A stretch of DNA of 63,198 nt, the filler included, from Candidatus Fermentibacterota bacterium (GTDB lineage Bacteria > JAFGKV01): assembly GCA_016928395.1 (NCBI GenBank). It is 6 parts of 6 records of this genome, joined end to end, with 100 filler letters (N's around TTAATTAATTAA, not from the genome) between each part and the next. Parts side by side here need not be neighbours in the genome. Positions count along the whole stretch, not along the records: positions 17,668 to 41,594 come from JAFGKV010000298.1; 5 more parts are not named here. The stretch is one strand, 5' to 3'. Position 1 is the first letter of the stretch. Each line of letters begins with the position of its first letter. Under the pieces are notes generated by a model. The model had not been told where the DNA came from. It did not search any database and saw only the letters and a program-made list of their open reading frames with translations. Below are positions 27,474 through 37,588 of this stretch, in pieces. A program made the translations under genes and the position numbers.

Positions 27474-28853
27474 ATGCAGACCAGCCGCCGCCCCGGAATT
27501 GCGGCGGCTGCCCTTGGCGCACTTCTCATCATGTCGTGCGGAGGGGAAGACAACGAACACCCCGAACTCCGTCTGGAACACACAACGGTATGGATGACCG
27601 TCGCCCAGCGGCAGATAGCCGAACACGCGGTGGTGTTCTACAATGACGGCGACGGCCTGCTGGAGATCACGGAGATGACGGTAACACCTTCGTGGGTCAC
27701 CATCTCGCCCTCGTCGCTTCTGGTGCAGCCTGGCCGCAGCGAATCGGCCACGCTGACCGCGGTTCCGATGTCAGCCGGAGCCGGCATCCATGAGGGGAGA
27801 ATCATGGTGACATCCAATGATCCGGATCGACCGCTGCTGGCCATCCCCCTGGAGATCCGAGTCGTGGAAGGGCTCCCTCCTAGCATCACCGTGACCCCGA
27901 CGCTGTGTGTCCTGGCGCTGGAAATGGGAGACTCGACCGTGGTCGCGTGCACCGTCACTAACTCAGGTACCGCCACGGCTCATGTAACACAGGTTTCACC
28001 CCAGTGCTCCTGGGTGTCGGCCGCACCATCCTCCCTGAGTCTGGACCCCGGCGCGTCTGCCGAGATTTCTCTTGCCGTGCAAAGCCATGGCCTCACCGAT
28101 GGCAGACATCAGTGCACCGTGGAAGTCCACACCACCGACCCCAATGCCCCACGATGCGACGTGGTGATTGACCTAACGGTCGGCGCCTCCGGCGGGGCGA
28201 GTAGGATCGTGGTGGCCGAGGAGTTCACCGGCACCTGGTGTCAATACTGCCCGGGAGCGATGATGGGCTTGCACGCGCTGCAGAACCTCGTCGGTCCCGA
28301 CCGCGTGGCGGTGATCGTCTACCACCTCTCCGACGGCTTCACGATTCTTGGTGGCCAGGATCGGTCGCAGTTCTACTCGGTAGGTGGCATACCCAATGTC
28401 ATCTTTGACGGGATCGTGAGCAGGCTCGGCGGAGACCACGACACCCCGATAGACTACACGGCACCGTACAATCAGCGAGCCTCGATCCCGGCGCCGCTGA
28501 TCATCAGCCTCTCGCTGACGGAGTATGAGTTCGGCTCAGGGAGCGGGACGGTGCGGGCTGTATGTCAAAACGTCACGACGGAGACCCTGAGCGCCCGACT
28601 CCTGCTGGTGATGACTGCCGTGGATTCACTCTACTCATGGCAGGGCTTCGACCACCTATACAGTACCGCCATCAGCATGCCGTTGGGTTCAGGCGGCGCG
28701 GCCTTGACGCTGGCACCGGAGGCGTCTGACACTGTCCTTGCCGCCTTTTCCACGCCGGATGGCTGGCGAAGCCGCCAGAGGGACCTCACCGGCTTCGCCC
28801 AAGACTTCGGGACAAAGGAGATCCACCAGGGTTCCGTCCTCCACCTGCCGTGA
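27474..28853 (+). CDS. Lipoprotein with two Ig-like domains and Omp28-like thioredoxin-fold domain
   Basis: Lipobox-like IMSC; repeated N-x-G...SND/TTDP Ig units; EEFTGTWCQYCP; GIPNVIFDG. Confidence 0.78.
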   Translation: MQTSRRPGIAAAALGALLIMSCGGEDNEHPELRLEHTTVWMTVAQRQIAEHAVVFYNDGDGLLEITEMTVTPSWVTISPSSLLVQPGRSESATLTAVPMSAGAGIHEGRIMVTSNDPDRPLLAIPLEIRVVEGLPPSITVTPTLCVLALEMGDSTVVACTVTNSGTATAHVTQVSPQCSWVSAAPSSLSLDPGASAEISLAVQSHGLTDGRHQCTVEVHTTDPNAPRCDVVIDLTVGASGGASRIVVAEEFTGTWCQYCPGAMMGLHALQNLVGPDRVAVIVYHLSDGFTILGGQDRSQFYSVGGIPNVIFDGIVSRLGGDHDTPIDYTAPYNQRASIPAPLIISLSLTEYEFGSGSGTVRAVCQNVTTETLSARLLLVMTAVDSLYSWQGFDHLYSTAISMPLGSGGAALTLAPEASDTVLAAFSTPDGWRSRQRDLTGFAQDFGTKEIHQGSVLHLP

Positions 28854-29070
28854 AGCGGGGAGGACCCGCCTCGGCCCGCGACTTCTAAACGCTCGCTGTG
28901 CGGGACGAGCAGCATCCTATGGCCTGAGAGTCAGAGAACGCGCGTCTTCACAACAGTGATCCGCTGCATCACCCGAAACAACCGTAGCGGTCAACTCGGT
29001 TGCGATGTAGCATGGAAAGAGATGGATGAAAGCCCCTATACCCCGTACTCCGCCCAGTTGAGGTTACCCC

Positions 29071-30024
29071 ATGAGTAGCGCTCGCGTGGTCCTTGGCACA
29101 ACTGGTCTCTGCATTCACCCTCTCGTCATCGGCACATTGCCCATGGGGCCGCTCCAGGCGAACCTCGATCCCGCCCAAGGCGCGCGCATCATCAGGCATG
29201 CGCTGGACCGGGGCGCCAATCTCATCGATACGGCCGATATGTATGGGTCCTATGCCCACATACGCGCCGCGTCGGACGGTTTCGGTGGAGAGGTCGTGTT
29301 CGCATCCAAGACCCACGCCCAAACCCGCGAATCCGCCCGGGAGCACGTGGATCGGGCACTTCGTATGCTCCACATCGAGCGGCTCGACATCCTGCACTTG
29401 CACGGCGCCCGGCTCTCCGACCCGTTTGTTGAGCGTGGTGAGGTCTTCGACGAGATCCGCCGGCTACGCGACAAGGGCAAGGTGCGGTTCCTGGGGCTTT
29501 CAACCCACCGGGTGGGAGCTGTTCGCAAGGCCACGGCGCGAAACGATATCGACGTAATCCACCCGCTTATCAATCGCGAAGGCCTCGGCATCATGGATGG
29601 CACGGCTGCCGAGATGGCCGCCGCCATCGCCGATGCCGCCGCTGCAGGCAAAGGAATCTACGCGATGAAGGCTTTGGCCGGAGGGAGCTTTATCCGGGAT
29701 GCCCGGGCCAGCCTCCAATGGGTTCGGAAGCTTCCGGGCGTCCACGCCATCGCGGTCGGCATGCTGTCGACGCGGGAAGTTGACGCCAATCTTGCGCTAT
29801 TCGAAGGAGACGCGGAGGATGAGGTCTGGAGAGCTCTGGAGCACCGCACCCGTCGCATTAGGATCATGGAGATCCTCTGCAAGGGCTGCGGCGCCTGCAT
29901 CGAGGCCTGCCCGGCCAATGCGATTTCTCTCGTCAACGACAGGGCCCGGGTGCACGAAGCCGCCTGCATCCTCTGCGGTTACTGCGCCAGCGCCTGTCCC
30001 GAGTTCGCCATCCGCGTCGTCTAG
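29071..30024 (+). CDS. Aldo/keto reductase with C-terminal 2x[4Fe-4S] ferredoxin domain
   Basis: IDTADMYG, ASK and MKALAGG; two CxxCxxCxxxCP motifs. Confidence 0.92.
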   Translation: MSSARVVLGTTGLCIHPLVIGTLPMGPLQANLDPAQGARIIRHALDRGANLIDTADMYGSYAHIRAASDGFGGEVVFASKTHAQTRESAREHVDRALRMLHIERLDILHLHGARLSDPFVERGEVFDEIRRLRDKGKVRFLGLSTHRVGAVRKATARNDIDVIHPLINREGLGIMDGTAAEMAAAIADAAAAGKGIYAMKALAGGSFIRDARASLQWVRKLPGVHAIAVGMLSTREVDANLALFEGDAEDEVWRALEHRTRRIRIMEILCKGCGACIEACPANAISLVNDRARVHEAACILCGYCASACPEFAIRVV

Positions 30025-30233
30025 CCCCGCGTCCGCAGCGTCCCACGTGCTCCCTTCGATCGGCCCTATCGTACACCATGCCATGACACTATTCTCATGT
30101 TAGAATAGCTTCCAAACTCACCCCTGGGCGCTTGAGGAACGCGGATGGGCAATCCCGAAGTCAGAGAACGCTATTATTTGCCTCTTTTATAACATTTCTT
30201 GACAATCTTTGACATCGAAGTCACATTGTTCTC

Positions 30234-30512
30234 ATGAACATCTCACTGACCCCCACGCTCGAACGATTCATTCAGGAGAAGGTGGCCTCTGGCCGTTATG
30301 CTTCAGCCAGCGAGGTCGTCCGCGAGGCGCTTCGCGTGCTTGAGGAGCGGCATCGGATCGAAGACGTCCGCTTGCGAGCCCTACGGGACGAGGCTACGAG
30401 ATCTTTCATCGCCGCAAACGCCCAAGAGGATCACCTCGACCGTGTTGTCGAGCTTGTGCCCCCGGCCTCCGTAGCGGGTGAGAATGCGCATCAGAGGAAG
30501 GATGAGGCGTGA
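30234..30512 (+). CDS. ParD-family (RHH) antitoxin, orphan
   Basis: MNISLTPTLERFIQEKVASGRYASASEVVREALR; no ParE ORF follows. Confidence 0.8.
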   Translation: MNISLTPTLERFIQEKVASGRYASASEVVREALRVLEERHRIEDVRLRALRDEATRSFIAANAQEDHLDRVVELVPPASVAGENAHQRKDEA

Positions 30513-30631
30513 GACGACCATCCTCCTTGAGCGGTGGGATGTGCGCCGCTCCTGACGGATCCCCCTTCGGGAGCCGTACCGCCCGAATGCGGCGCGCGGC
30601 ATACGATTCCTCAGCCACGGGGAGACACACC

Positions 30632-32134
30632 GTGAACGCCCTTCTCATCTATCCCGAGTTCCCTGAGACCTTCTGGAGTTTCACCTACGCGCTGAAGTTT
30701 ATCCGTAAGCGTGCGTCGCTCCCACCGCTGGGTCTTCTGACCCTGGCGTCGATCCTTCCTCCGGGCTGGGCCAAGCGGCTGGTTGACATGAACGTCAGGG
30801 CTCTCACCGCCAAGGACCTCGAGTGGGCAGACTATGCGTTTCTCGGAGGGATGGCCCTGCAGAGGGAATCGGCCCGACGGGTGATCACGGCGTGCAGGGA
30901 GGCGGGTGTCAAGGTGGTCGCCGGAGGGCCGCTCTTCACCAGCGAGCCCGACCAGTTCGACGATGTGGATCACTTGGTGCTCAATGAAGCGGAACTCACG
31001 GTCCCGCTGTTCCTTGCGGACCTCGAAAGCGGAACCCCTCAACGGGTCTATGCGACAACCGAGTTTGCAGACCTCCGTACGACCCCCCCGCCGCTATGGG
31101 AGCTCGCCGACCGGGGACGGTACGCGGAGATGTGCGTGCAGTATTCCCGAGGCTGCCCGTTCAACTGCGAGTTCTGCAACGTCACGACTCTCTTCGGTCA
31201 CAGACCGCGCACCAAGGGCCCCGACCAGATTATCGGTGAACTCGACAGCCTTGCCAGGCTGGGATGGCGCGGCAGTGTATTCTTCGTGGATGACAACCTC
31301 ATCGGCAACAAGGTGTGTCTGAAGACCGAACTGCTCCCCGCGCTCATTGCATGGCAAAAGCACAAGCCCGGCATGACGTTTCATACAGAGGCCTCCATCA
31401 ATCTGGCCGATGACGGTGAGCTGATGGCAATGATGGTTGAGGCCGGGTTCAACATGGTCTTTATCGGAATCGAGACGCCCGACGAAGTGAGTCTGGGCGA
31501 ATGCAGCAAGCACCAGAACAAGAGCCGGAACATGATCGAGGATGTGAAACGAATGCAGAAGGCCGGGCTACAGGTGCAGGGCGGGTTCATCGTGGGCTTT
31601 GACAGCGACACGCCGACCATCTTCCAGAGGCAGATCGATTTTATCCAGCAAAGCGGCATCGTAACCGCCATGGTGGGCCTGCTTCAGGCGCCTTCGGGAA
31701 CGCGGCTCCATGACCGGTTGCGCAAGGAGGGGCGTCTGCTCGCCCCGATGTCTGGCGACAATACCGATGGTACGACAAACATCGTTCCGGTCATGAGCCT
31801 GGATGTGCTACGCGAGGGATACGTGCGCATCGTGCGCTCCATCTATGCTCCCGGCAGCTACTACCAGCGGGTGAGGACATTCCTTCGCGAGTACACAAAG
31901 CCCAAGGTCAAAGCCCCGATTGAACTACAGTACAAGCTGGCGCTTTTCCGGTCGATTCTCCGGCTCGGCATCATCGGAAAGGAACGGGCTGAGTACTGGA
32001 AACTCCTGCTGTGGACATCATTCCGCCACCCCCGGCTCTTGCCCACGGCGGTGACGCTCTCTATCTACGGCCATCATTTCCGAAAGATCTACGAGCACCT
32101 CTCCCCCAAGAACTCGGCAGTCCCAACTCGATAA
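30632..32134 (+). CDS. B12-binding radical SAM protein (DUF4070-type)
   Basis: PPLGLLT, VAGGP, RGCPFNCEFC, FFVDDN, GIET and GGFIVGFD. Confidence 0.9.
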   Translation: MNALLIYPEFPETFWSFTYALKFIRKRASLPPLGLLTLASILPPGWAKRLVDMNVRALTAKDLEWADYAFLGGMALQRESARRVITACREAGVKVVAGGPLFTSEPDQFDDVDHLVLNEAELTVPLFLADLESGTPQRVYATTEFADLRTTPPPLWELADRGRYAEMCVQYSRGCPFNCEFCNVTTLFGHRPRTKGPDQIIGELDSLARLGWRGSVFFVDDNLIGNKVCLKTELLPALIAWQKHKPGMTFHTEASINLADDGELMAMMVEAGFNMVFIGIETPDEVSLGECSKHQNKSRNMIEDVKRMQKAGLQVQGGFIVGFDSDTPTIFQRQIDFIQQSGIVTAMVGLLQAPSGTRLHDRLRKEGRLLAPMSGDNTDGTTNIVPVMSLDVLREGYVRIVRSIYAPGSYYQRVRTFLREYTKPKVKAPIELQYKLALFRSILRLGIIGKERAEYWKLLLWTSFRHPRLLPTAVTLSIYGHHFRKIYEHLSPKNSAVPTR

Positions 32135-32221
32135 CCCCGCCTCCGTGCGGTGTGTGCAGCGGCGGGAGTCTCCCAGGCTTCACCACCCCCATCACGCGCG
32201 GTGAGGAAGCGCCAGGTGTGC

Positions 32222-32776
32222 CTACATGCCCAGGGTCTCGTGGACCTCCTGCATCCCCTTGAGCACCACATCGATGAAGGGTTCCAGTTCCATGCCCAAG
32301 GCAGCGGCCGCGGCAATGATGCCTTCCCTGGACACGGCCCTGGCAAAGGCCTTATCCTTCATCTTCTTGCGCACGGAGCGGGCTTCCACCTCAGCCAGGA
32401 TCTTGTTCGGCTTGACCAGCGCGGTGGCCATAATGAGCCCTGTCACCTCATCGACCCCTGAGAGCGCCCAATCCAGCGGCACTTCCTTTGCCACGCCCAA
32501 GGTCTCGGCATGGGCTGCCACGGCATGGACCAGCTCCTCGGGCAGACCCTGGGCCTTGAGGAGCGCAACCCCCTCCCTCGGATGGGTGTCGGGATGCTCC
32601 TGATAGTCGATGTCGTGAAGCAGACCCGTGATCCTCCACAGATTTTCATCCTGGCCCAGGGCGCGCGCCATGGCCGTCATGCCCGCCTCAACGGCATGGC
32701 AGTGGCGAAGTAGCCCTTCATCGTGCATATGTTCTGTCAACAGAGCATGCGCCTCGTCACGGCTGGGTAGTGTCAT
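32222..32776 (-). CDS. HD-domain (HDIG) hydrolase
   Basis: RHCHAVE, GLLHDIDY and KKMKDKAFARAVSR. Confidence 0.9.
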   Translation of the reverse strand: MTLPSRDEAHALLTEHMHDEGLLRHCHAVEAGMTAMARALGQDENLWRITGLLHDIDYQEHPDTHPREGVALLKAQGLPEELVHAVAAHAETLGVAKEVPLDWALSGVDEVTGLIMATALVKPNKILAEVEARSVRKKMKDKAFARAVSREGIIAAAAALGMELEPFIDVVLKGMQEVHETLGM

Positions 32777-32806
32777 GGCATCCTCCTCTGGTGCTGGCGT
32801 CGCGAG

Positions 32807-32960
32807 CAGTTCTCAGTTCTCAGTTCTCAGTTCTCAGTTGCCAGTCGGGCCTCTGAGGGCAGAGGCACCCAGGTCTGTCAAGGTTGAAAGTGCGGCCGGC
32901 AGTTGGCTATCGGCTATCGGCTATCGGCTGTCAGCTATCAGCTCACTCCTCACTCAGGGT
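32807..32960 (+). repeat. Dispersed element copy C flanked by (CAGTTCT)n and (GCTATCG)n heptamer arrays
   Basis: About 4 CAGTTCT units, core 32848-32908, then 3 GCTATCG units plus degenerate units. Confidence 0.75.
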
Positions 32961-33102
32961 CGGTGTCGAAAATCCCCCCCCCGATTTGACTGCGAACCCG
33001 AGTGCGATAGCGCGTGCGATGCAATCGCAGAACCGCCTGCCATCAGACAAGTTCACCGCCCGCCCCCATCTGTCCATTCGTCCACAGTTGCGCCATTTTC
33101 CC

Positions 33103-34944
33103 TCAATGCTCCCCCCGTATGTACCCCAACGAACGGAGCCTATCCTCCAGCGAGGTTGCCGCCCCTGTCGTTGCGGAGGGTTCCCTCGGGCTGTCATAGG
33201 TATCGCACCACGTCACGGCGGGCGTCTGCCCTGTCGGCCAAAGCTCGGCAACGACGCGGCCGTCCATGTCACGGGCTAACGGTAGGCCCGCCCACGCCAG
33301 CACCGTGGGCACGATGTCGTAAACGGAACATCGAAAGCGCGCCCGCTGAGGTGCAATGCCCGGGCCCGCCGCCACAATGATGCCATCGATGGCATGATCC
33401 CATGCCGTGTGCCGCGTCGTATCGCGACAGAGCACTCGCACGGAATCCCCGCTCTTGTAGTCCCAGAATTCGGGGATGTAGCCCTCCCCTGCCGTGGTGA
33501 CGACGAGGTGGGGCGCGTCGTGGAGGAATGGCCCGACGTAGATATCTTCACGCCGGGTAAGCTTCAGCCCGAGAGGCCGGCCATTGTCGGGATCCACCGC
33601 CTCGGGCGCAGCGTCAAGAAGGCGCTGGATGAGCCGTTCCCGGGCGGGGGCGTCTAGGAGGCGTTCGTTCACATAGATGCTCCACATGGTGCTCCATGCC
33701 AGACTGCTCTCAGGCAGAACCGCGCCATCCGGACCGAATCTGACCACACCGAGGTCGGCAAGCCACCGATTGACATCCACCCGGCGGCTGAATCTGGCGA
33801 ACCCATGATCGGACACCACAAGAACCAAAGCGTCCTCCGGGGCTTCGGCCAACACCTCACCCGTGAGCCGATCCAGCTCTTCCAGAATCTGCACGGTTTC
33901 CTCCCCATCACCGTAGAGGTGCTGCATGTGATCCGGCGTAAGGAACACGCATGAGAAAAGATCCCATCGCTCCTTGGCGTGCACGTCGCGGCACATCTTC
34001 CCAAACCACGCAAGATGCTCCAGCGCGGGCTCCCAATGCCACCGCACGAAGGGAAGGAACTGCCCGTAACGGACACGCAGGGTCTCCGCCCAGGCCGAAG
34101 GGTAGGCGATCGGTTCGGGAAACCGCTCAATCTTCCGGTAGACTGGAGACAACCACAGCACTGCGCGCGAAGCGCTGAGGCTCTGCAGCCGCACACGGGC
34201 CCATCCCTCTTCCTCGCCCACCGTCACCCCGAACCAGGGAGACCATTCCAGGTGGGAAAGCTCTGGCCCGGCCATGAGTGTGCCTGATCGTGCGTGGCGC
34301 AATGTCATCCAAGGCGGTTTCCGGAACACATCAACGGTCAGGTCTGCCGGCGAGTCATTGAGCATGACGCGGGCACGGCCTGGAGTACCCGGGGCGGGCA
34401 GCGTGTCCCACTCGGCCACCTGGATGAGGCGATGCTGGGAGAGAATACACGGGCTGAACTCATCGGCGATGGCAATGCCGTTCAGAGGAGCCGCAGGATA
34501 CGTTAGCGGCACATTCACGATGGCGCATCGGCGACCCTGGGAAGACATGATATCCCAGAGTCGCGATGTCTGCACATCCCCGGCGGCCAGATCGCCCAGA
34601 CGAGGGAGGTCATCCCGTCGGCTTCCGAAGTGAAATATGCCGGTCTTACCCGGGTTCTTGCCGCTGTAGAGAGACACCCAGGCCGGCGGCGAGACGTAGA
34701 GCGGCGTCGACTCGAGAACGCCTCCGGTTCCTCGTGCGAGTAATCCTTGAAGGACCGGCAGGCGCCCCTGGGCCAGGAGCGGATCGAGGATGTCCCAGGT
34801 GGCGCCATCCCACCCGATAACCACCACGGGTCGTGCGTGGCCTGCTTCGTGCTCGCCACAGCCGATCAGTGTCGCCGAGACCAGCATGGTCATGAGCACA
34901 CGGAGAGAGACTCGCAGAGGCCGGCAGCTCGTCACCCTCTTCAC
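33103..34944 (-). CDS. Alkaline phosphatase/phosphodiesterase superfamily lipoprotein
   Basis: IGWDGATW, SPPAW..LYSGKNPG, DHMQH, VSDHGF, DIVPT and RLRSLGY. Confidence 0.88.
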   Translation of the reverse strand: MKRVTSCRPLRVSLRVLMTMLVSATLIGCGEHEAGHARPVVVIGWDGATWDILDPLLAQGRLPVLQGLLARGTGGVLESTPLYVSPPAWVSLYSGKNPGKTGIFHFGSRRDDLPRLGDLAAGDVQTSRLWDIMSSQGRRCAIVNVPLTYPAAPLNGIAIADEFSPCILSQHRLIQVAEWDTLPAPGTPGRARVMLNDSPADLTVDVFRKPPWMTLRHARSGTLMAGPELSHLEWSPWFGVTVGEEEGWARVRLQSLSASRAVLWLSPVYRKIERFPEPIAYPSAWAETLRVRYGQFLPFVRWHWEPALEHLAWFGKMCRDVHAKERWDLFSCVFLTPDHMQHLYGDGEETVQILEELDRLTGEVLAEAPEDALVLVVSDHGFARFSRRVDVNRWLADLGVVRFGPDGAVLPESSLAWSTMWSIYVNERLLDAPARERLIQRLLDAAPEAVDPDNGRPLGLKLTRREDIYVGPFLHDAPHLVVTTAGEGYIPEFWDYKSGDSVRVLCRDTTRHTAWDHAIDGIIVAAGPGIAPQRARFRCSVYDIVPTVLAWAGLPLARDMDGRVVAELWPTGQTPAVTWCDTYDSPREPSATTGAATSLEDRLRSLGYIRGEH

Positions 34945-36308
34945 GGGGCACCTCGGATCGCTGCCTGGTGGTCAACGCGGACGAGCCATGCCGGTCCCGC
35001 ATGGCGGGGGCCGCACCAGCCTGCACACGCGTCGTCGTACACGACGAAGCCCGTGGGTGCGCTTTGGTCCGCACACCATACGCCACCAGGCTCCAGCAGT
35101 CGGAAATCCGGCCGGCGAGCGCGCGGGCTCACCTGGCCCGCGTATACGGTGACCTCGAAAGGGCTTTCATTTTCAACACACTCCGGGCGCGTCTCGTCGG
35201 CCCCGAGTTCCACATTCAGCATTCCCATCGTGGAGGCTACCATCGTATCCGCCACCGAGACCTCCAGACGGTAAAATCCATGGGAGAGGGCTGGGAGCGA
35301 CACCTCCCACACCACGCCACGGGTCCGGGCCGCCAGGTCTGTTGTCGCGTCGCGCCGGTCCGACACCCGAACCCGTTCCCCTGCCAGCGGGATTCTGCCA
35401 TGCCGCTGTACCCAGGCTGGATCGATCCTGGCCAGAGTCAGTGTCAGCGGCCCATCCAGATTGCGGGCAGTTCCGGCCACCACGAGATACCCATCCTCCG
35501 CAGCCACCCGGGCGATCCCCAGCTCCCGCCTCCCTTCCATGGCAGTGATGATCCGGGAACGCTCCTCCCATTTGGTGTTTTGGAAGCCTCCCCGCATCTC
35601 GTCCGCGGCGACCCTGGCCCTGTCCCATGTGCCGGTTTCGGCCTCCAACCATGCCAACTGCCACAATGCCACCGCCCGCGAATCGTCCGTCTCTGCGGCC
35701 CATGCCACTGAATCCAGATACCGCCGCGCCGCGTCGGCGGAGTCGGCCTCGGAGGAATGGAGAGCCGAACGGAATCGGTACATCCTCCCCAGTTCCATGG
35801 CGGCCCTCATCCGCTGCCACCCCACGGGTGCATTCGCCAGGACAACCCGCAATGCGTGCTCTTCCCCGCGGGCATGGGCCTGCGGAGAGTCAACCGAAGC
35901 CCGGGCATGGAAATACGCCTCGTTCAACAGCACCGAGAAGTACCATATGGAGTCTTCCCGACTCGCCTCGACGCCGTCAGGCGGTAAAGCCGCTGCAGCG
36001 GCGCACAGTGAATCCAGCGACGTCGCGAACCGTTCCCAGTACCCGGGCGCATTGGCGGCAAAGACTCGGAGGCCCGAGGCCTCTGCTGAAGATATGGCGC
36101 CGGAATCCTCCAGGGAATCGGCTGCAGCCCAGATCTCTTCGGGAGTATGATGGGCAACCAGCGCGTGCAGCGCCGCCGCGTCCAGCGCGGAAGCCGCGAC
36201 CCCCCAGGCGAGAAGGAGCGTGAGTATGGATATGGCGCGGGTGCGCGGGGACAAGACGAACGCGACGAGGAACCCAGGCCGGTGAGAGACCATGGCGTCC
36301 TGTCTCAC
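34941..36308 (-). CDS. Hypothetical secreted protein with TPR-like helical region
   Basis: Signal-like segment; 4-bp overlaps with both neighbours. Confidence 0.6.
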   Translation of the reverse strand: MRQDAMVSHRPGFLVAFVLSPRTRAISILTLLLAWGVAASALDAAALHALVAHHTPEEIWAAADSLEDSGAISSAEASGLRVFAANAPGYWERFATSLDSLCAAAAALPPDGVEASREDSIWYFSVLLNEAYFHARASVDSPQAHARGEEHALRVVLANAPVGWQRMRAAMELGRMYRFRSALHSSEADSADAARRYLDSVAWAAETDDSRAVALWQLAWLEAETGTWDRARVAADEMRGGFQNTKWEERSRIITAMEGRRELGIARVAAEDGYLVVAGTARNLDGPLTLTLARIDPAWVQRHGRIPLAGERVRVSDRRDATTDLAARTRGVVWEVSLPALSHGFYRLEVSVADTMVASTMGMLNVELGADETRPECVENESPFEVTVYAGQVSPRARRPDFRLLEPGGVWCADQSAPTGFVVYDDACAGWCGPRHAGPAWLVRVDHQAAIRGAP

Positions 36309-37588
36309 TCCTCCCGGAGAATGCGGGCACCCAGGCCTGCAAGCCGTTCGTCAATGGTCTCGTACCCGCGGTCGATCTGGGACACGTTCTGAATGATGCT
36401 GGTGCCCTCGGCGGCCAGGGCAGCGATAACCAGCGCCATGCCAGCGCGGATGTCAGGACTGGCCACCGTGGTGCCGTGCAACCGGGATGGCCCCACCACA
36501 ACGACCCGGTGGGGATCGCACAGGATGGCATTGGCACCCATGGCGATGAGCCTGTCAACCCAGAACAGGCGGCTCTCGAACATCTTCTCGAAGACCAAGA
36601 CTGTACCCTGGGCCTGGGTTGCGGTGACCACCAGAATGCTCATGACATCGGCGGGCACGGCCGGCCACGGCCCATCATCGATGACCGGCACTGCACCGCC
36701 CAGCTCGGGCTCCACCGTCAGCCCTTGCCGGCCGTCGCATTGCAGGGTGGAACCCTCCGAGGTGAACGAAATTCCCAGCTTGCGGAATGGACGCAGCACC
36801 GGCCCCACAAGCGCCGGATCCACCGGATCGATAGCCAGCAGGCTCCCGGTGGCGGCCGCCAGGCCGATGAAGCTGCCTATCTCAATGTGGTCGGCGGAAA
36901 TGGTGTGATTGCAGCCGTGGAGCGGCCACGTACCCCGCACCGTCAGGCGATTCGTGCCCACGCCGACGATGTCTGCTCCCATGGCCGAGAGCATGCGGCA
37001 CAGGCCCTGCACATGAGGTTCGCACGCCGCGGGATAGATGGTCGTCTCTCCGTCAATGCAGGAGGCAAGCATCAGGGCATTCTCTGTGGCCGTCACACCG
37101 GGTTCGTCCAATTCTATGGCCGCCGGGCGGAAGCCGGAAGTCCCTACCGACATGTCAATCGTTGAGCCCGCCAGATGCCACGAGACGCCCATGGCCGAGA
37201 GAGCCGAGAGATGGGGATCCAGCCTCCGCCGGCCGATCTTATCGCCGCCCGGTGACGGTAACCGGGCCTTCCACTCCCGGGCCAGCAGCGGTGAGGCCAG
37301 CAGAAACGAGCCCCGGATTTGACCGCACAAGCCGGCGTCAGGCTCGGACATCAGGCTCGACGCCTGAACCCGAAGACGGTGGGCGCCTACCCATTCAACA
37401 ACTGCTCCCATGCCCCGCATCAAATCCACCATGGTGGCGATGTCCGCGATCCTGGGCACATTGTCCAGCACAACCTCATCCGCCGTCAGCAGCGCCGCTG
37501 CCAAGGCCGGCAATGCCTCATTCTTGTTTCCCCGGGGGATGATGGTGCCGCTGAGCGGTACACCTCCCTCGATCCGGAACACGCTCAT
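36305..37588 (-). CDS. murA: UDP-N-acetylglucosamine 1-carboxyvinyltransferase (Asp-type)
   Basis: GNKNEALP, PGGDKIGRR, VTATEN, EKMFESR, SPDIRAG and QIDRGYE. Confidence 0.95.
   Translation of the reverse strand: MSVFRIEGGVPLSGTIIPRGNKNEALPALAAALLTADEVVLDNVPRIADIATMVDLMRGMGAVVEWVGAHRLRVQASSLMSEPDAGLCGQIRGSFLLASPLLAREWKARLPSPGGDKIGRRRLDPHLSALSAMGVSWHLAGSTIDMSVGTSGFRPAAIELDEPGVTATENALMLASCIDGETTIYPAACEPHVQGLCRMLSAMGADIVGVGTNRLTVRGTWPLHGCNHTISADHIEIGSFIGLAAATGSLLAIDPVDPALVGPVLRPFRKLGISFTSEGSTLQCDGRQGLTVEPELGGAVPVIDDGPWPAVPADVMSILVVTATQAQGTVLVFEKMFESRLFWVDRLIAMGANAILCDPHRVVVVGPSRLHGTTVASPDIRAGMALVIAALAAEGTSIIQNVSQIDRGYETIDERLAGLGARILREE

Noticed and set aside
30632..32134. Naming the radical SAM gene hpnP
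   Set aside because: The family is broad and no hopanoid genes are nearby; orthology cannot be shown without a tree.
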